This document shows positions 37,378 to 47,985 of a DNA stretch of 64,000 bases, piece by piece. Position 1 is the stretch's first letter. Each line of letters opens with the position of its first letter. Origin of the DNA: Mustelus asterias (lineage: Eukaryota); assembly GCF_964213995.1 (NCBI RefSeq), contig NW_027590117.1, forward strand, positions 1,984,001 through 2,048,000, given 5' to 3'. The notes under the pieces are model-generated. The model saw only the letters and a list, made by a program, of their open reading frames with translations. It was not told the origin of the DNA and did no database searches. Position numbers and translations under genes: made by a program.

Positions 37378-39508
37378 GATGTGGAGATGCCGGCGTTGGA
37401 CTGGGATAAACACAGTAAGAAGTCTCACAACACCAGGTTAAAGTCAAACAGGTTTATTTGGTAGCACAAGCCACTAGGTTCGGAGCGCTGCCCCTTCATT
37501 AAGGAGAATCCCAAGGCATTTTATACATATGTTAGGAACAAGAGGGTTGTCAGAGAAAGAGTCGGACCTCTCAAGAACAAAGGAAGGGAATTATGCTTAG
37601 AACCCAAGGAAGTAGGTGAGATCCTAAATGAATACTTTGCATCAGTATTCACAAAGAAGACGGACACGTTGATTGGTAGTGTCTCAGAGGGATCTGTAGA
37701 CCCGTTAGAACAAATCGCAATTACAAGGGAGGAAGTGTGAGGTGTTTTAGGAAGCATAAAGGTAGACAAATCCCCAGGGCCAGATGGCATCTGTCCTAGA
37801 TTAGTGAGAGAGACAAGAGATGAAATTGCTGGGCCTCTAACAGAAATCTTTGTTTCTTCATTGGACACAGGTGAGGTCCCAGAGGATTGGAGGATAGCAA
37901 ATGTGGTCCTGTTATTTAAGAAGGGTAGCAAGGATAACCGGGGTAATTATAGGCCAGTGAGCTTGACGTCCGTGGTAGGGAAATTGTTGGAGAAGATTCT
38001 TAGAGATAGAATCTATACACGTTTAGAACTGAATAGTCTCATTAGCGATAGACAACATGGTTTTGTATGAGGGAGGTCATGCCTCACAAATTTGGTTGAG
38101 TTTTTTGAGGAGGTGACAAAAATGATAGACAAGGAAAGGGCCGTGGATGTCGTCTACATGGATTTTAGTAAAGCATTTGACAAGGTCCCTCATGGCAGAC
38201 TGGTGCAAAAGATTAAATCTCATGGGATCAAAGGTGAACTAGCTAGATGGGTACAGAACTGGCTTGGCCATAGAAGACAGAGGGTAGCAGTGGAGGGGTC
38301 TTTTTCTGATTGGAGGTTTGTGACTAGTGGTGTTGCGCAGGGCTCTGTACTGGGACCTCTGCTGTTTGTGATATATATAAATGATTTGGAAGATGTAGCT
38401 GGTCTGATTAGTAAGTTTGCGGACGACACAAAGACTGCTGGAGTTGCGGATAGTGATGAACATTGTCAGAGAATACAGCAGGATATAGATAGGCTGGAAA
38501 ATTGGACAGAGAAATGGCAGATGGAATTTAATCCAGATAAATGAGAAGTGATGCATTTTGGTAGATCTAATGCAGTGGGGAGCTATACAATAAATGGCAG
38601 ACCCATCAGGAGTATAGACACGCAGAGGGATCTGGGTGTGCAAGTCCACAGATCCTTAAAGGTGGCAGCACAGTTGGAAAAGGTGGTGAAGAAGGCATAT
38701 GGCATGCTTGCCTTTATTGGACGGGGCATAGAGTATAAAAGTTGGCATATGATGTTGCAGTTATATAGAACGTTGGTTAGGCCACATTTGGAATACTGCG
38801 TCCAGTTCTGGTCGCCACACTACCAGAAGGACATGGAGGCTTTGGAGAGAGTGCAGAAAAGGCTTACCAGGACGTTGCCTGGTATGGAGGGTATTAGATA
38901 TGAGGCGAGATTGAGTAAACTAGGGTTGTTCTCCCTGGAAAGACGGAGGTTGAGGGGCGACCTAATAGAGGTTTATAAAATTATGAAGGGCATAGATAGG
39001 GTGAACAGTTGGAAGCTTTTTCCCAGTTTAGAAATGACAAACACAAGGGGTCGCAAGTTTCAAGGGGGGCAAGGTTCAATACAGATATGTGGGGGACGTA
39101 TTTTACACAGAGGGTGGTGGGGGCCTGGAATGCACTGCCAAGCAAGGTGGTTGAGGCAGACACGCTGGGATAATTTAAGACTTATCTAGATAGCCACATG
39201 AACATGGATATTCTCCTCATACTCACCTGATGAACAAAGAACAATACAGCACAGCAACAGACCCTTCGGCCCTCCAAGCCTGCCCCGATCATGTGTTCCG
39301 AACTAGACCATCCGTTTGTATCCCTCTATTCCCAGTCTGTTCATAGAAATATCCCTCTATTCCCAGTCTGTTCATAGAAATATGAACAGACTGGGAATAG
39401 AGGGATACAAACGGATGGTCTAATTAGGAACACATGATCGGGGCAGGCTTGGAGGGCCGAAGGGCCTGTTGCTGTGCTGTATTGTTCTTTGTTCATCAGG
39501 TGAGTATG
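37378..39508 (-). mobile_element. Penelope-like micro-element (TSD AGGAGAATAT) split by a CR1 insertion
   Basis: Parts at 37378-37499 and 39492-39508; TSD at 37368-37377 and 39509-39518. Confidence 0.8.
37500..39491 (+). mobile_element. 5'-truncated CR1 nested in the Penelope-like micro-element
   Basis: RT ORFs 37804..39189; TTCAT duplicated at both junctions. Confidence 0.88.
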
Positions 39509-40717
39509 AGGAGAATATCACAGCTGTACTCCGGGAGGTCACCTCAGAGGGCTCATACAGCGAGGCAATATGGGTAGAGCTCAGGAATAGGAAAGGTGTA
39601 GTCATAATGTTGGGGGTTTACTATTGGCCACCCAACGCCAGCGGGAGATAGAGGAACAGATATGTTGGCAGATTTTGGCAAGGTATAAAAGTAACAGGGT
39701 TGTTGTGGTGGGAGATTTTAACTTCCCCTATATTGATTGGGACTCACTTAATGCTAGGGGCGTGGATGGGGCAGAGTTTGTGAGGAGCATCCAGGAGGGC
39801 TTCTTGAAACAATATGTAGATAGTCCAACTAGGGAAGGGGCCATACTGGACCTGGTATTGAGGAATGAGCCAAGCCAGGTGGTCGATGTTTCAGTCGGGG
39901 AGCAGTTCGGGAACAGTGACCACAATCCAGTAAGCTTTAAGGTACTGGTGGATAAAGATAAGTGTAGTCCTCAAGTTAAGGTGCTAAATTGGGGGAAGAC
40001 TAATTACAACAATATTAGGCAGGAACAGAAGAATGTAGATTGGGGGAAGATGTTTGAGGGCAAATCAACATCTGGCATGTGGGAGGCTTTCAAATGTAAG
40101 TTGATAGGGATTCAGGACCAGCACATTCCTGTAAGGATGAAGGATAAGTATGGCAAGTTTTGGGAACCTTGGATAACGAGAGATATTGTGAGCCGAGTCA
40201 AAGAGAAAAAGGAAGCATTTGTCAAAGCTAGGAGGCCGGGAACACACGAAGCAAGTGTAGAATACAAGGAAAGTAGAAAGAAACTTAAGCAAGGAGTAAG
40301 GAGGGCTAAAAGGGGTCACGAAAAAGCATTGGCCAGCAGGATTAAGGAAAATCCCAAGGCTTTTTATACATATGTCAAGAGCAAGAGGGTAGCCAGGGAG
40401 AGGGTGGGCCCACTCAAGGACAAGGGAGGGAATCTATGCATGGAACCAGAGCAAATGGGTGAGATATTAAATGAGTACTTTGCATCAGTATTCACCAAAG
40501 ATAAGGACTTGGTGGGTGATGAGTCTGGGAAAGGATGTGTAGATAGTTTGAGCCATGTTGATATCAAAAAGGAGGAGGTATTGAGGTTCTTGAGAAACAT
40601 TAAGGTAGACAAGTCCCTAGGGCCTGATGGGGTATACCCCAAAATACAGAGAGAGGCAAGGGAGGAAATTGCTGGGGACTTGAGGGAAACCTTTGTATCC
40701 TCACTGGCAACAGGGGA

Positions 40718-40871
40718 CGTCATGATGTGGAGATGCCGGTGTTGGACTGAGGTAAACACAGTCAGAATTTTAACAACACCAGGTTAAAGTCCAACCGGTT
40801 TATCTGGTAGCAAATGGCATTTGCTACCAAATAAACCTGTTGGACTTTAACCTGGTGTTGTTAAAACTCTT
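40718..40871 (-). mobile_element. Penelope-like fold-back micro-element (TSD ACAGGGGA)
   Basis: TSD at 40710-40717 and 40872-40879; hairpin with ~55-bp arms, axis at about 40816. Confidence 0.85.
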
Positions 40872-42514
40872 ACAGGGGAGGTCCCAGAGGATTGGAGAAT
40901 AGCCAATGTTGTTCCTTTATTTAAGAAGGATGGCAAGCAGGGAGGTTGTGTCTCACGAACTTGATCGAGTTTTTCGAGGAAGTAACAAAGATGATTGATC
41001 AGGGTAGGGCAGTGGATGTTGTATACTTGGACTTCAGTAAGGCCTTTGACAAGGTCCCTCATGGCAGACTCGTGCAGAAGGTGAAGTTGCATGGGATCAG
41101 ATGTGAGCTGGCTACGTGGATACAAAACTGGCTTGGTCACAGAAAACAGAGGGTAGCAGTGGAACGGTGTGTTTCTGAATGGAGGGCTGTGACAAGTGGC
41201 GTTCCTCAGGGATCAGTGCTGGAATCTTTGCTGTTTGTAATATATATAAATGATTTGGAGGAAAATGTAACTGGCTTGATTAGTAAGTTTGCAGACGACA
41301 CAAAGGTTGATGGATTTGCAGATAGCGGTGAGGACCATCAGAGGATACAGCAGGATGTAGATCAGTTGGAGACTTGGGCAGAGAGATGGCACATGGAGTT
41401 TAACCCGGACAAATGTGAGGTAATGCATTTTGGAAGGTCTCATACAGATAGGAAATATACAGTAAATGGCAGAACACTTAAGAGTATTGATAGGCAAAAA
41501 GATCTGGGTGAATAGGTACACAGGTCACTGAAAGTGGCAATGCAGGTGGAGAAGGTAGTCAAGAAGGCATACGGCATGCTTGCCTTCATCGGCCGGGGCA
41601 TTGAGTTTAAAAATTGGCAAGTCATGTTGCAGCTTTATCGAACCTTAGTTAGGACGCACTTGGAACATAGTGTTCAATTCTGGTCGCCACACTACCAGAA
41701 GGATGTAGAGGCTTTGGAGAGGGTACAGAAAAGATTTACCAGGATGTTGCCTGGTATGGAGGGCATTAACTATGAAGAGAGGTTGGAGAAACTTGGTTTG
41801 TTCTCACTGGAACGACGGAGGATGAGGGGCGACCTGATAGACATCTACAAGATTATGAGGGGCATGGACAGAGTGGATAGTCAGAAGCTTTTTCCCAGGG
41901 TGGAAGAGTCAATTACTCAGGGGCACAGGTTGAAGGTGCCAGGGGCAAGGTTTAAAGAAGATGTATGAGGCAGATATTTTACACAGAGAGTGGTGGGTGC
42001 CTGGAACTCGTTGCCAGGAGAGGTAGTGGAAGTGGATACGGCAGTGAGTTTTAAGGGGCGTCTTGACAAATACATGAATAGGATGGGAATAGAGGGATAT
42101 GGTCCCCAGAAGGGTAGAGGGTTTTAGTTCAGTCAGGCAGCATGGTCGGTGCAGGCTTGGAGGGCTGAAGGGCCTGTTCCTGTGCTGTAATGTTCCTTGT
42201 TCTTTGAATGTAAAACAATGGGGCTCAGTCTTAGGATACGGGGTACACCATTTAGGAATGAGATGAGGGAAAATTTCTTCACTCAGAGGAGGTGAACCTA
42301 TGGAATTCTCGACCAAAGAAGCTGTGAAGACAAAGTCACTGCATAGGTTCAAGAAGGAGAGAGAGATTTTTTTTAGATTTTAATGGCATCAAGGGGTATT
42401 GGGAAAAACAGAATATGGAATTGAGATAGAGGATCAGCCATGATCACATTGAATGATGGAACAGACACGAAGGGTTGAATGGCCGACTCCTGTTCCGAGT
42501 TTCTATGTTTTCAA

Positions 42515-42625
42515 GTTCTGATGAAAGGTCACAAACCTGAAAAACTAACACTGTTTCTCTCTCTAAACAGATGCTGCCCAATCTGCTGAGCTTTCTTTTC
42601 TGCTTTTATTGCAGATTTCCAGTGT
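42515..42625 (+). ncRNA. Decayed minimal hammerhead ribozyme in a second PLE-derived repeat family
   Basis: GTT CTGATGA A AGGT cacaa ACCT GAAA aact AAC; stems I and II intact, stem III mutated. Confidence 0.55.
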
Positions 42626-43177
42626 CTGAACAGATCCCAGCCAGAGACAGCACCTTCAGGAGAGAGAGAGAGGAACCAGTGAGTGTCGAACTGAACCCAG
42701 CCAGAGTCACTACTTTCAAGGGATAGAGAGGTAACTAATCTAAACCCTGTATTCAAAAACAGAGGTAGAGAGGAAAGAGGGAACCAATGACCAGTCAGCC
42801 GAACGTCAGTCGTAGGGCAGCTGCTCGAGCCCATTACCAAGCGTTTGGAAGGCAGTGTTATGATCAGATAAAGTCAGCATGGATTTACAAAAGGGAAATC
42901 ATGCTTGATAAAACTACTGAAGTTCTTCGAGGATGTAACTAGTAGAGTTGACCAGGAAGAACCGGTGGATGTTGTTTACTTAGAATTTCAGAATACTTTC
43001 GACAGGGTCGCTCATAATGTTTTTAATTGGTAAAGGTTAAAGTTTGTTTATTAGTGTCACAAGTAGGTTTACATTAACACTGCAATGAAGTTATTGTGAA
43101 AATCCCCTCGTCGCCATACTCCGGCGGCTGTTCAGGTAGACTGAGGGAGAATTTAGCATGACCAATTCACCGAACTA

Positions 43178-43455
43178 GGGGGCACAGGTTGAAGGTGCCA
43201 GGGGCAAGGTTTAAAGAAGATGTATGAGGCAGATTTTTTACACAGAGAGTAGTGGGTGCCTGGAACTCGTTGCCAGGGGAGGTCGTGGAAGTGGATACGG
43301 CAGTGAGTTTTAAGGGGCGTCTTGACAAATACATGAATAGGATGGGAATAGAGGGATATGGTCCCCGGAAGGGTAGAGGGTTTTAGTTCAGTCAGGCAGC
43401 ATGGTCGGTGCAGGCTTGGAGGGCTGAAGGGCCTGTTCCTGTGCTGTAATGTTCC
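43178..43455 (+). mobile_element. CR1 3' end nearly identical to 41920-42195, inserted into a V-SINE
   Basis: Shared variants ttgaaggtgccagggg, gaagatgtatgagg and gtggatacggcag. Confidence 0.8.
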
Positions 43456-43914
43456 TTTCAGCCTTTCAGACTGCGGGAGGAACTGGAGTACCCAGAGGAA
43501 ACACACACAGACACGGAGGGAACGTGCAGACTCCACACAGATAGTGACTCACAACAAAGATATATACCAGTGATGAACAAGGATTCTGAAAGGGAATAAA
43601 TCAACCATGGTTAACCGAGGAAGTTAAGATTGCATTAAACTGAAAGAAGAACATAGGATGTTTCATATATTCGTGATAAGACAGAGCATTGGGAAAGTTT
43701 CTAAAACCAACAAATGATGACCAAAAAAATACTAACGTGAGAGAAGATGAACGACAAACGTAAATGAACAAGTAATATAAAAAGAATCAGAAAGAGTTTC
43801 TTTAAATATATAACAAGAGAGAGGCTAAAGTGAACATAAGCTCCTGAGAGATCGAGACTGGGAATTAAAAGTGGGGAACCATAAAGTGGCAGAGGAGTGA
43901 AATAAATAGTCTGT

Positions 43915-43997
43915 GTCAGGACGGCTGAGTAGTCAAAGCTGCTGCGTTCAGGTCACAGACTCCTCTCGAGGCCTGGTTTCAAATTCCAGTCCTGACA
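43915..43997 (+). pseudogene. tRNA-Leu(CAG) pseudogene
   Basis: GTCAGGACGGCTGAGTAGTCAAAGCTGCTGCGTTCAGGTCACAG...CCTGACA, 83 nt, many substitutions. Confidence 0.8.
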
Positions 43998-44971
43998 TTG
44001 ATTAAGGGTGGCAGTGGCAGGAAATCATTGCAGGTGATATTTTGCATATAGCCAGAAAGAAAAGATCAGAACAGGGTAAATGCAGTCTTACCCAGTTAAA
44101 CTATCCCTCCTTATCCTTCTCAACCTGTCCACACCTTTGACATGGTTGACTGCACTATCCTGCTCCAATACCTTCACACTGTCAGGTCAGTGTGCACAGC
44201 AGATGAAGATGTTAATGTACCTGACATCCTGGGAAAACTAAAGATGGATGAAGGGCTGGGCCTCAGTAAACAAGTGTAGAGAAGGCTGGAGTTCTCAATC
44301 ATCTGCACCTCAAGCGGCAGCTCCTCCATCTCAATGTGTGTGGTGAGATCAGGCCATTCTGCTCAGTCAGGAACACCCAGACTGACGATAAGAGAGAGAG
44401 AGGCTATAATTGGAACCAAACAAGAAGGGAGATTCAGTCAGAGGAACCAAGCCCCACCCCCAAAACAGAGCACAGGATGATTCCAGGATCTAACCGTGGC
44501 CTCTGCAAAGTGAGTTGCTCTAACCGGGAATGGCACTGAGCCCCACACATAGAGCACAGGAAGATCCCAGTCTCTGTGCTGATTGGCCTGACTCCAGGGA
44601 GTTTGCAGTGCCGCCACTGCTGAGACTGGGGAACTGCAGCGTGACATGTTTACACAGGAAGCTGCCATTGAAACCCTGAGCTGCGGATTTATGGAATCCT
44701 ACAGCGTAGAAGGCGGTCATTCGGCCCATCGAGTCCGCACCAACCACAATCCCACCCAGGTCCTATCTCCATAACCCCATGCATTTACCCTAGCTGATCT
44801 CCCGGACACTCAGGGGCAATTTGGCACGGCCAATCCACCGAACCCACACATCTTTGAACTGTGGGAGGAAACCGGAGGAAACCCACGGGGAGAACGTGCA
44901 GACTCCGCATAGTCAGTGACCCAAACCGTAATCGAACTAGGGTCCCTAACCACGGTGCCGCCCTATTCACA

Positions 44972-45097
44972 CAGTAAGAAGTTTAACAAGATTCTGTGGC
45001 TTTTGCTACCAAATAAACCTGTTGGACTTTAACCTGGTGTTGTTAAACTTCTTACTGTGTTTACCCCAGTCCAACGCCGGCATCTCCACATCATGAT
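44972..45097 (+). mobile_element. Penelope-like micro-element with short 5' inversion (TSD CGCCCTATTCACA)
   Basis: TSD at 44959-44971 and 45098-45110. Confidence 0.85.
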
Positions 45098-45109
45098 CGC
45101 CCTATTCAC

Positions 45110-45640
45110 AGCCAGGCAGGATGGGATTCCCGCTGCCGAAACCCTGCTCCCATCCGGAGCTCCGCCGCGGGCTCAGAATCCGGGCCCGGGGACTGAAGCC
45201 ACTGACGGGACATTTGCTGCCGCTCCGCGCGGTGTCTGATGGGCCCGGGGTAAATCCCCGCCAACGGCCTGTGACCGGCAGCTGGGAAAACCAATCGGAA
45301 ATTGCCGCATCGCGGTTATCCAATGGCCGCTCTGCGCCCACTGAGTGACAGCTGCTTTATCCAATCTGTGATCTCCATAGTCAGAAGTTCGAGACCATTG
45401 AAAATGACGCTCTAATTGTACCCAATCGCAGATCGCGTTGCTAACAACGCACGCCCCCAATGAGATGGACATCTTCTCTCGCCAATCGGAACGCACTGTC
45501 CAATCGGAATGTGCCGCTCGTGCGCGACTCGTGCAGCGTCACTCCCAGCCCAGCGTCATTGCGTCATTCAATTCGATCCGGAGCTGAAACCAATGAGAAA
45601 TCAAAGAATTTGTGGCCGAAATAATCCTTAAAGTGGAACC
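45110..45640. promoter_or_regulatory. CpG island with eight co-oriented CCAAT boxes
   Basis: CCAAT at 45291, 45320, 45361, 45422, 45457, 45482, 45500 and 45590; three GCGTCA half-CRE sites. Confidence 0.7.
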
Positions 45641-45886
45641 GCTCACAGAATTATGGTTGTTCAATTATAATTCTTTGATGGCAGTTAAAGCGGCAAAAGG
45701 ACTGCGTAAAGTCAGAGGATGCAAAAGCTGAACCCCGCGGGAAAGGAAGGAGGAAATAAATGAAGGGAACAGGTGACAAAAAAGAACTGGGAGGAAGGCA
45801 AGCAAGAAGCAGCGGCGTTGAGAGAGGGAATTCCAGAGCTGATCCAGAGAGCTGAAAGTGCGACCATCACTGGTGGAGTGAACCAA

Positions 45887-46086
45887 GATGTGGAGATGCC
45901 GGCGTTGGACTGGGGTGAACACAGTAAGCAGTCTTACAACACCAGGTTAAAGTCCAACACGTTTATTTGGTAGCAAATACCATAAGCTTTCGGAGCACTG
46001 CTCCTTCGTCAGATCTGACGAAGCTTATGGTATTTGCTACCAAATAAACCTGTTGGACTTTAACCTGGTGTTGTGAGACTTCTTAC
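45887..46086 (-). mobile_element. Penelope-like fold-back micro-element with hammerhead core (TSD GGAGTGAACCAA)
   Basis: TSD at 45875-45886 and 46087-46098; minus strand AT CTGACGA A GGAGCA G TGCTCC GAAA GCTT AT at about 45982-46014. Confidence 0.85.
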
Positions 46087-47119
46087 GGAGTGAACCAAAT
46101 CAGGGATGCTCACGAGGGCAGAATCAGAGGAGCTCAGATCTCTCAGAGGATTGTTAGGCTGAAGGTGATGAAAGGGAGGAAGAGCTGAGGACATGGAGGG
46201 TTTGGAAACACGGATAAGAATATTAAAATTGAGACATTGTTTAACCGCCGGTCAGTGTTTGTCACTGAGCACTGAGTTGATGCATCAACGGTATTTGGAG
46301 TAAATTCAGATTTAATGATGAGAACTCAATTTGCAGCTTTCTGGACACAGCAGCACAATAAATCGCATCAGAAGTGGACTAAATGGCCCCTCAAGCCTGC
46401 TGCTCCATGCAATAGGATTATGTTTTAGATTCCCAAACCACAGAATCTTAACAAAGCAGTAACAGCCCATTTGGCCTGTCAAGTCTACACTCCCGTATTG
46501 AAAATTGCACGCTGTCCAATCCCACTCTACCATCTCATAGCCCCAGAGACCCGGGTTGAGTCCTGGCCTTTGCTGACTGTGCAGATTTTGCACATTCTCC
46601 CCCATGAGTTTCGTCTGGGTGCTCTGGTTCACTTCCATGGTTCAAAGATGTGCAGGTTAGGTGTATTGGCCATGTTAAATGTTCCTTTAATTTCCAAAGA
46701 TATGTAAATTAGGCTCTGAATCGTTGCAGTTTTTACACTTACTTTGAAATCTTCTCCTCGTTCTTGATGAACTCATGACTGGAACATGAAAATCTCTATC
46801 AATGAATCCCTACATTGCAAAAGATGGCCATTCGGCCCATTGAGTCAGCACTGATTCTCTGACCTGTCCACATAACCTCACATATTTACCCTGTTAACCC
46901 TCCTAATCTAAACATACTGGGAGACATAAGGGTAAATTTAGCATGGTAAATCCACTTACCCTATCAATGGAGTGTGGGAGGAAACCAGAGCACCCGGAGG
47001 AAAGCCACGTGGACACAGAGAAAATTTGGAAAATACGTAAGTCACTCAAGGCCTGAATTGAACCCGACTCCCTGTCATTCTGCAGCAGCAGTGCGAAAGC
47101 CACCCTTCTTTCTCTTCCA

Positions 47120-47985
47120 AAAGACCATATGACATAGGAACAGAATGAGGCCACTCAGCCCATCGAGACTGCTCTGCCATTTTTCTCATTCCCATTCTCT
47201 TGTCTTTTCCCCATAACCCCTAATCCCTTTATTCATCAAGAATCTATCCATCTCTGTCTTAGAAACACTCAATGACCTGGCCTCCACAGCCTTTTGCGAC
47301 AAAGATTTCCACAGATTCGCCACTCTCTGGCTGAAGAAATTCCTCCTCCTCTGTTTTAAAGGATCGTCCCTTTAGTCTGGGGTTGTGCCCTCTGGTTCTA
47401 GTTTTTCCTACAAGTGGAAAAAGCCTCTCTGTGTCCACTCTAACCAGGCCTCGCAATGTCCTCTAAGCTTCAGAAAGATCCCACTCATCCTTGTGAATTC
47501 CAACGAGTACAGACCCAGAGTCCTCAAACATTCTTCATACAACAAGCTCTTAATTCCATGGATCATTCTTGTGAACCTCCTCTGGACCTTTTCCAAGGCC
47601 AACACATCCTTCCTTAGATAAGGGGCCCAAACTGCTCACATTACTCCAAATGGGGTCTGACCAGAGTCTTTGCCAGCCTCAGAAGTACATCTGTGCTCTT
47701 GTATTCTGACCCTCTCGACATTGCATTTCCCTTCCTAACTGCCGACTGAACCTGCACGTTTGCCTTAAGAGAATCTTGAACAAGGACTCCCAAGTCCGTT
47801 TGTGCTTCTGAGTTCCTGAGCATTTCACAATTTAGAAAATAATCTACACCTCCATTCCTCCTTCCAAACTGCATAACCTCACACTTTTCCACATTGTATT
47901 CCATCTGCCACTTCTCTGCCCACTCTCCCAGCCTATACAAATCCTTCTGCAGCACACCTGCTTCCTCAATGCTACCTGTACCTCT
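47120..47985 (-). mobile_element. CR1 3' fragment
   Basis: EWAEKWQMEYNVEKCEV...LVRPHLE; tail gaccatatgacatagg. Confidence 0.88.

Larger units (their letters stand above)
35810..42195 (+). mobile_element. Near full-length CR1 LINE (5' repeats, ORF1 esterase, ORF2) disrupted by nested insertions
   Basis: ORF1 about 36110-37031: Cys-rich N-terminus plus SGNH esterase blocks (IVIGDSIVRG, HIGTND, DGLHLN). ORF2 starts about 37160 (FNARS...ITETWL), resumes at 39510 and runs to 41970. Confidence 0.9.
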
